From NCBI GenBank assembly GCA_951406725.2, contig OX597831.1:22258001-22322000 (forward strand): a stretch of DNA of 64,000 nt, written 5' to 3'. The position numbers and the translations under genes are program-made. Source of the DNA: Octopus vulgaris (Eukaryota). The notes below the pieces were generated by a model. It was not told the origin of the DNA and made no database searches. It saw nothing but the letters and a program-made list of their open reading frames with translations. Below are positions 55,775 to 64,000 of this stretch, piece by piece (positions within the stretch are counted from its first letter, which is position 1; the number at the start of each line of letters is the position of its first letter).

Positions 55775-55777
<3 letters not shown>
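55245..55777 (-). mobile_element. ~550-bp non-coding element embedded in (TAA)n; candidate non-autonomous partner of R4/Dong
   Basis: (TTA)n on both sides and no ORF. Other pieces at 12432-12868, 40330-40398 and 49072-49093. Orientation is inferred. Confidence 0.7.
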
Positions 55778-55807
<30 letters not shown>

Positions 55808-57759
55808 CATTATTATTATTATTATTATTACTACTACTACTACTATTATTATTATATTTATCATACTTTATATCGCTGTAACTTGATGCAATCCCGAAAA
55901 ACTGGCATCATTAGACGGTGGCCGACCTAATGGAACACGAGCTTTATTTGCACATTGAAGAGGTTACCATAAACAAATTAAAAAAATATATGTCCATATA
56001 TATATTAATATCATATTATATTATTTCTCTCACTCTATAATATATATATGTATGTATATATGTATATATGCATGTATATTCACACGCACGAGGATACGAT
56101 GTGCGTTTCTGGAATTTTTGAGATTGTGTAGTAGAGACATTGCTAAATATATCAGATAAATAGGGCAATATGAGATGGTTGATGACTTATGCCAGAACGG
56201 AGATGCAACCAGAAAGGTATCCAAAGAAAGCGTACCCCCATCAATAAGAACTTATTTCTGCTTCCTGTTATGGCGTGACGTGCAGCCGAAATGGCTCTGA
56301 ACAATGTGTCATTCGAGGTCAGTATTAAGGATTTCCTAAAGATCTTTTTGGACCATGAAGAGGTTTTCAACACAGGGTCAATTTCACAGATTGTAGCCCA
56401 AAACAGAAGTGTATGTCTTATTCACCCCACAAAACATACGAAATATTATCCATCTTATTAGATACGTGTGTGCTATTTTATTAAAGCTGCAAAAACGTCA
56501 CGGACCTCAGTAACAGTTGCTGAGTAACAGTTCTGGGATGTTTTTGCAGGAAAAAAAAGCATCCTACTCTACCTTCGGTGTTTGAGCACTATTTTTTACC
56601 ACCCTATTTTGCATTTATGTGCTTATTCGTGTGTGTGTGTGTGTACAGGATGAGTTAAAAGTCCCTTTGGTATGGTTTGTTTGTTATGTAACTAGATAAA
56701 CACGGATGAGGACGAATGTTCTGTAGTCTAAGAACGAATTAGTGCCAGTGGCTTTCTTTTAATATCTAGGTTAGATGTGACTTCCCTCAATAGTTTTGAA
56801 TTAGAAGTCATGGAAAAAGAGGAATCCGGATGTCTGTGTTTTAGTGAGATTGTTTGACCTTCAAGACCTAGGAAAGTCTCCAAGTGAATCTGTAGCTTTA
56901 TATTCTTGTAAGCTTCTCGAATGGTGATGCAGCAAAGGTTGGATTCAGGTTTATAGGAATTTTATATTATGTATAAAACACGGAATAATCCGGCATCTTT
57001 TGACAAGAACTGTTTTTAAATACACAAACTATATATAAAGCCACACTATATACTAAGCAATATGCATCGATGAAACAGGATTCTCAATTCTTTTTTCTAT
57101 TTTTAGTAATTAGATGCAACGCTTTGAAGTATTTTGTCAACCAATCTTTGAAGTCGCACTTATTCGGGTGATATAATTTTTAGTGAAACCGCTAAGGTAC
57201 AGGGACATATATCCACACAGGCTCCGGTTTTCAAATACACTTACATATGACGAGCTTCTATATAGTTTCCATCCACGGAATTGGCTAACAAGGGATCGGT
57301 CGTCTCAGGGTTATAGTAGGGAGACACTTGTCCAAGGTGTTGTACAATAAAAATGAACCTGAAACTACTTGGTACGAAGCAAACTTGATCGCACAACCAT
57401 GTCTGCGCCTTAAACCATATAATCCTATTAAATACCAGTTGAGCATGTATTAAATCCTTAAATGAAATATAAGTATGAGTGCAGAATTAATCGAAGATGT
57501 CTGGTAGTTGATCGCTATGAGATTAACCGCAATACAATTAGGATGATCACAATACAGTTGTTTTGTATGTGGTCCTTCATTCATACATTAGTAAAGTTTT
57601 CAGGAAAGATGTCTGGAGGACAGGAATTTAAAAAGGTCAGGGTCTCGGATAGAGGTATAATTGTTTTCGGTACACATTTTCTTTGGTTCTTCTATTTTCA
57701 AAAAAGAAAAACATTTCATCGAAACCGGGATGTTTCATATGTTCAGATATTTCCCCTGT

Positions 57760-57990
57760 TTAATTATTCAAGAATCAATATAAAGATTCATTATCTGTTG
57801 TTCCGTTATGAAGAAACGCCGTTGAGCTCTTTTGATTATTTCACCCAACATCTTAATTAAGTTGTCAAAATTAAGCCTTTCAGCTACATCTGTTTCGTCG
57901 TCATCGTTCGTTATCTCCGTCATCGCCTCCTTCGCGTTTGTCAGAATTCTTCACAATATCTATAATTTCAGAGTGAGAATTGTAACGCAC
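57760..57990 (-). pseudogene. Possible pogo/Tigger transposase C-terminal remnant
   Basis: HSEIIDIV, an acidic stretch, then FDNLIKMLGEII..RRFFITEQQIMNLY, resembling Tigger-type C-termini (from memory). Confidence 0.35.
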
Positions 57991-58110
57991 AGCAGGTGTT
58001 TCCTCATTTCCATTCTTCCACTTTGTCAGATTCCCACCATTAATCCTACATCCTATAAATCATTGGCACCAAATCCCCTAACACATTTGACATATCCAAG
58101 TCACTCCCTA

Positions 58111-58146
<36 letters not shown>

Positions 58147-58519
58147 TCATGAATGATATCCTGCAAAATCCTTGTCAATATTTTCATCAAGTGTATTCTA
58201 GGGTCACAACGCCCACCATTAATTAATTTTGATGGGATTACATTATTACAGACACAAGCAACAAACCAACAGGATTTCTACCGAGGAGATCCTCAATCAT
58301 TAAAACGTATCCACCATTAATTTGCAGAAAACACTACCTTAAAATTATCATTAGAAAATAATTGGATATGCATAAATCTGTTTGGGGCGTGGCTATCAAC
58401 TCCAATCCGTCGTACCCTTTTATTTTCACATCTGTGTTCTTCAATAAATGTTTATGTCATTATAGACTTACAAGCATTTATTGCATCTATGTTATATATA
58501 AATGAGTTATTCTTATTTT

Positions 58520-59300
58520 TTTATTCTTTTATTTGTTTCAATCATTTGATCGCAGCCATGCTGGAGCACCACCTTGTGGAGTTTTGAGTCGAACAAATCG
58601 ACCCTCTTTACTCTTTACACTCTTTTACTTGTCTCAGTAATTTGACTGCGGCCATGCTGGAGCACCGCCTTTAGTCAAGCAAATCAACCCCAGGACTTAT
58701 TCTTTGTAAGCCTAGTACTTATTCTATCGGTCCCTCTTGCCGAACCGCTTATTGAGGGGGATGTAAATACACTAGCATCGGTTGTCAAGCGATGTTGGGG
58801 GGACAAACACGAGGATACAAACATGTACACACACATACACATACATATATATACATATATACAGCGGGCTTCTTTCAGTTTCTGTCTACCAAATCCACTC
58901 ACAAGGCTTTGGTCGGCCCGAAGCTACTGTAAAAGACACTTGCCCAAGGTGCCACGCAGTGGGACTGAACCCGGAACCATGTGGTTTGTAAGCAAGCTAC
59001 TTACCACGCAGTCACTCCTGCGCTCCAGGACTTTTTAAAAAATAGCCTAATACTTTTCTATCTTTCTCTTTTGCTGAACCGCTAAGTTACAGGGACGTAA
59101 ACACACCCACACCGGTCGTCAAGCGCTGATGGGAGACAAACGCAGCCACAAATATACACAAACATAAATATATGCATATATACGACGAGCTTCTTTCAGT
59201 TTCCATCTAGCAAATCCACTCGCAAGGCTTTGGTCAGCCCGAGGCTATAGTAGAAGACACTTGCCCAAGGTTCCACGCAGTGGGACTGAACCTGAAACCA
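58520..59300 (-). mobile_element. Cluster of SINE family B copies
   Basis: Full copy at about 58605-59023, 3' fragment at 58520-58605, partial copy at 59055-59300. Confidence 0.85.
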
Positions 59301-59786
59301 TAAACACCCTTTATATAAGCATGTGTATTTGTCTGTATATGTTTATCACGTGTGCCACACAATTACAAAGCTTTGAGAGGATGATATAAAGGAAATAAAG
59401 TGATATCGTCTATTGGCTGTACAATGAACATCCTGGGTATATAATAAAAAATGACAATTTTCAACGATCTCGAAGCGTGTAAAATGAATTAAGAACAAAA
59501 GAATACCTTGGCAGAGAAAGAAACCGGAATAATAGAATAAGCATAAGGAATCAATGGTCTGGACACTGTATAACACGAGTGAAAGAAAAGGCGAAGAAAA
59601 TGCTTAATAGACGTATATATATATATAAGTCTCTTAGCTTGCTTTCCTGGATTTCAGCACGACGTGTATTTATGATGAATGTATATTGTAATGTGGTAAT
59701 TGACGATTCAAAGTCTGTTCTCAGCATATTGGCATAGAAATAATTTTTTGCCCTTGTTTATAAGTTATATATATGGCCGAAATCAG

Positions 59787-59998
59787 ATCGCCATGTTGAT
59801 TCGCTAGCCTCTGCACGCATTTTTTTCTCTCCTTGTTTCTTTCTGTGTTTCTTTTCTGTGTATCTTTCTGTTGAAGAGCGTAGGCTCGAAACGTAAAAGT
59901 CTTGTTTTATTTATATTCCTGAGCGCCATACTAATACAATTGTTTGTTTGTATTCCACCTGCCTTCGTCTTTTGTTTATTTTCATAAAGCTTCCCGTT
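59787..59998 (+). mobile_element. Penelope pLTR-like short repeat with hammerhead-like motif (copy 2)
   Basis: TCTTT-CTGTTGA-A-GAGC-gtag-GCTC-GAAAC-GTA-AAAG at 59863-59899; colinear with 1151-1352; ends in (TA)n. Confidence 0.6.
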
Positions 59999-60426
59999 AT
60001 ATATATATATATATATATATATAACTTTTTTGTCGGCGTATTTCTGTTGAAGAGCACTGTCGAAGTTTCAGTTAATCTTGATAGTGATGAAGAATTTCTT
60101 AAAATATCTTTGTCATTAATAAGCTGGTTTGTATTTGAGACATAAATAACATGAAATATTAGAGACCGGTATTAATTCGAATCACTTTAAACAGGATGTT
60201 CGTATCATAGAAATAAATGTAACCGTCGGCGGGTTGGTATGAAGTGGGTTAAGCAGAGCTAAATGAAAACGCTTAGTTAACAGACCTTAACACACCAGAT
60301 GATCCAGTAATAAATTATATTTGTAATATTATTCTAAATGAATTATCAAGACAGAAACAAGACAAATGATAATTTAGAATGTATCTCAGGAGACTGACAA
60401 ATAAAAGGATAATATTTATTATGACC

Positions 60427-61450
60427 AAGGCGACGAGCTGGCAGAATTGTTAGAGCGCTAGGCGAAATGCTTAACGGCATTTCGTCCGTCTTCTTGGTCT
60501 GAGTTCAAATTCCGCCGAGGTCGACTTATTTACATTACTATAGTTACTGAAGGTGTGGAGGCGCAATGGCCCAGTGGTTAGGGCAGCGGACTCGCGGTTT
60601 CGATTCCCAATCAATATGTCTTTTCTACTCAAGGCACGAAGCCTGAAATGTTTGAGGAGGGGGACAGTCGATTAGATCTACCCCAGTACGCAACTGGTAC
60701 TTAATTTATCGACCCTGAAAGGATGAAAGGCAAAGCCGACCTCGGGGGAATTTGAACCCAGAACTTAAAGACAAACGAAATACCCATTTCTATTTCTTTA
60801 CTACCCACAAGGGGCTAAACACAGAAGGGACAAACAACGACAGACAAACGTATTAAGTCAATTATATCGACCCCAGGGCGTAACTGGTACTTATTTAATC
60901 GACCCCGAAAGGATGAAAGGCAAAGTCGACCTCAGCAGAATTTGAACTCAGAATGTAATGGCAGAGGAAATACCTATTTCTATTTCTTTATTACCTACAA
61001 GGGGCTAGACATAGAGGGGACAAACAAGGACAGACAAAGGGATTAAGTCGATTACATTGACCCCAGAACGCAACTGGTACTTTATTTTTCGGGGATGAAA
61101 TACCGCTAAGCATTTCGCCCGGCGTGCTGATGCTTCTGCCAGCTCGCCGCCTTAATTTGAAACCAATATTATCAATCTGAAGTCTAAATGAATTATCAAG
61201 ACGAAACAGAAGACAAATGATAATTTAGAATGTATCTCAAGTCACTGACAATTAAAAAGATGATATTTATTATGACCAAGGCATTGAGCTGGCAAAATCG
61301 TTAGCAACCGTCTTTACGTTCAAATTCCGCCGGGGTCGACTTTGCCTTTTACCCTTTCAGAGTCGATGAAATAAGTATCTGTTGAATACTGGGATTGATT
61401 TCTGCTATTTAGTCCCTCCTCCGAAATTGCTGGCCTTGTGCCAAAATTTG
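60427..61450. mobile_element. SINE family A cluster: plus head (60427), minus-strand array (60620-61153), plus copy (61278-61450)
   Basis: Repeated Nin-like domain and tails; a family C head fragment lies at 60556-60609. Confidence 0.85.
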
Positions 61451-61957
61451 AAGCTAATATTTATTACGACTAGAGTGAGCTAGGCTGCGGAGCAATATTT
61501 CAACGAGAAATATATTACAAAACATCGACTGAAAGACTACAAAGAATTCTCTTGTAAAAGAACAATCGAAAACAAATAGAAATCGCAACGGGTTGCTTTC
61601 TGTTTCACACATAGAGGCTGATTTAAAAAAAAAAATTCCTTTGCAGATGTTTTTCATGTTAATTGTTTTTTTTCTTTTGAGGAAATATATGTCTGTGTAG
61701 AAATTTTTATAAAAATTCAAATCTGGTCAGTGAAGCTGAAAACAACTAGAATATGAATAAGAAAAAAAATAATTAAAAAGAACTCTATTCCTTCAGTCAA
61801 TTATATAACAAGTCATATTTTAAATTATAACAGAAAAAACACCCACGATTTTAAAGAAAGCGATGATATAAAAAAAAAACAGAACTAGGAAGAAAGCTTA
61901 AAAGAAAGCGAAAACTGAAATTAAGAAATGGGCAGAATCTATGTACAAAAGAAAATA

Positions 61958-61988
<31 letters not shown>

Positions 61989-62129
61989 GTATATATATAT
62001 ATTTATGTATGTATGTATATATCTATCTATATATATATATGTGTGTGTGTGTATATATCTATATATATATATGTGTGTGCATGTATATATCTATATATAT
62101 ACGTATGTATATATATGTATATACATGTC

Positions 62130-62163
<34 letters not shown>

Positions 62164-62294
62164 TATACATATATACATATATACGTATATATATACATAC
62201 AAATATATATATATACACATATATATACATATATATATACATACGTATATATATAGATATATACATGCACACACACACATATATATATATACAT

Positions 62295-62335
<41 letters not shown>

Positions 62336-62366
62336 GATAGATATATACATACATACATAAATATAC

Positions 62367-62417
<51 letters not shown>

Positions 62418-62660
62418 TATTTTCTTTTGTCAAAAATTGTGAAGCATGACTGTCACCACTACTACATGCACCTGAAGATTGCAGAATTTAATGCAGGAAA
62501 GTACTAGTTCAATCAGAATGAACATTTAACATTCTATTATTTTATTTTATTTTGTTTTATTATATTATATTATATTATCTTATATCATTATAAGATTATA
62601 AATAAAACGTGAAAATCAGACAAGGTTGGAATTCCTTTTATCAATATATATATATATATA

Positions 62661-62951
62661 TATAAACATCTTATAATTAAGGGCTAAAGAAGGTTATTCT
62701 ATAGCCAATACACTGATTTATCCACTTATAATTTAAATTTTCTAAAGGTTAGTTGCCCGCTTTCAGTTCAATTTTCCTGTAACAAGTGGATTATAAGTGG
62801 ATAAATCAGTGTATTGGCTATAGAATAACCTTCTTTAGCCCTTAATTATAAGATGTTTATACTTCAACTGTAAAGGTTTTTTTAATATACTGCCACGCTT
62901 TTTGATGGAATCCTTTTCTGTAGAGAAAGGGACTTCCTCCTATATTGTTAG
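62661..62951. mobile_element. Perfect 72-bp inverted repeat (62661-62732 / 62790-62861) with ~90-bp one-sided tail, between (TA)n tracts
   Basis: tataaacatcttataattaagggc...ccacttataat is the exact reverse complement of attataagtgg...gatgtttata; 57-nt spacer. Confidence 0.9.
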
Positions 62952-62985
<34 letters not shown>

Positions 62986-63603
62986 GCACGTATGTATATA
63001 TATATATGTATGTATATATATATTTCTATGTATGTATATGTATCGCCCTCACCGATTGATTGGTACTTTATATTGGTACTTATATTCGATCGACAAAATG
63101 CAGGACGAAATGCAGAAACGCCATGGGGCAATTTAAACTCAGGAATTTACAAAATCCAAAAGAATTACCACCGCAAGACACTTTGTCCTTCGTTCTAACG
63201 TGTTTGTCAATATTAATTACCATTTCATTTGCATCCACCAGAAGAAGATCGATAGATTAGCGAAGGTCGATATAATCACATTTTAACCTTGAAGAAGGAG
63301 TCCCGAACCAAGCCTAACAGTTCAATGACAGAAACCCGACCTGTTTTGAAGTTCTATTTAGTTGAGAAAGGAAACTGGGAGAAAAAAACCCCAAAAAAAC
63401 GAAGGCGCTGAAACTGAAAAAATTCGTGAATCACGATATGTGTGTGTATCTTGAACTAAGTCACCTTTCTTTTGCTTTCCTTCGTTTCGTTAGTGTGCAT
63501 TATTCACGTGAATTAGGTTACCTCGCATGTTTCAGCGAAGTCATTGAATGTATGTCATCGTAATTATATTATAACACTCTGCGCATCTATGCATTTTATA
63601 TAA

Positions 63604-63641
<38 letters not shown>

Positions 63642-63689
63642 CCATACACATACACTCACGCACACATACACACATACATAGATACATAG

Positions 63690-63762
<73 letters not shown>

Positions 63763-63894
63763 CATACATATATATATGGATATGAAATAAGAAATTTCAT
63801 GCCCATATGAAATGGGTATCAAATACAAAATATGTATATATGTATACATGCAAAGCGTAATAAAGCAAAAAGTGGAGACCTTCAGACTATAAAT

Positions 63895-63951
<57 letters not shown>

Positions 63952-64000
63952 CACACACATACACGCAGAAACCTTATCATCAAATGCGGAATTTAGTGAA

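Overview
AT-rich, microsatellite-saturated eukaryotic DNA with no recognisable host protein-coding exon. The SINE families and repeat landscape resemble an octopus (coleoid cephalopod) genome; this is an inference and the species is not determinable. The only long intact ORF (frame open from 1861, ATG 1948-3903) is a 5'-truncated CR1-type LINE reverse transcriptase inserted in (TA)n. Decayed fragments of Penelope-like (RT + GIY-YIG), R4/Dong (RLE) and Tx1/L1 retrotransposons, mariner/hAT/pogo remnants and roughly 30 tRNA-derived SINE copies from at least four families fill the rest. Almost all other ORFs in the track are translations of simple repeats. The most unusual signals are: (1) several unrelated long fold-back elements sharing the layout (TA)n - inverted repeat - one-sided tail - microsatellite, one built around two head-to-head tRNA-like modules; (2) several minimal hammerhead-ribozyme-like motifs in Penelope pLTR-like repeats; (3) a SINE whose 3' tail matches Tx1/L1 3' ends in the window and which forms arrays joined at one fixed internal position; (4) apparent partitioning of element types among microsatellite types. 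All family assignments are by eye, without database searches.
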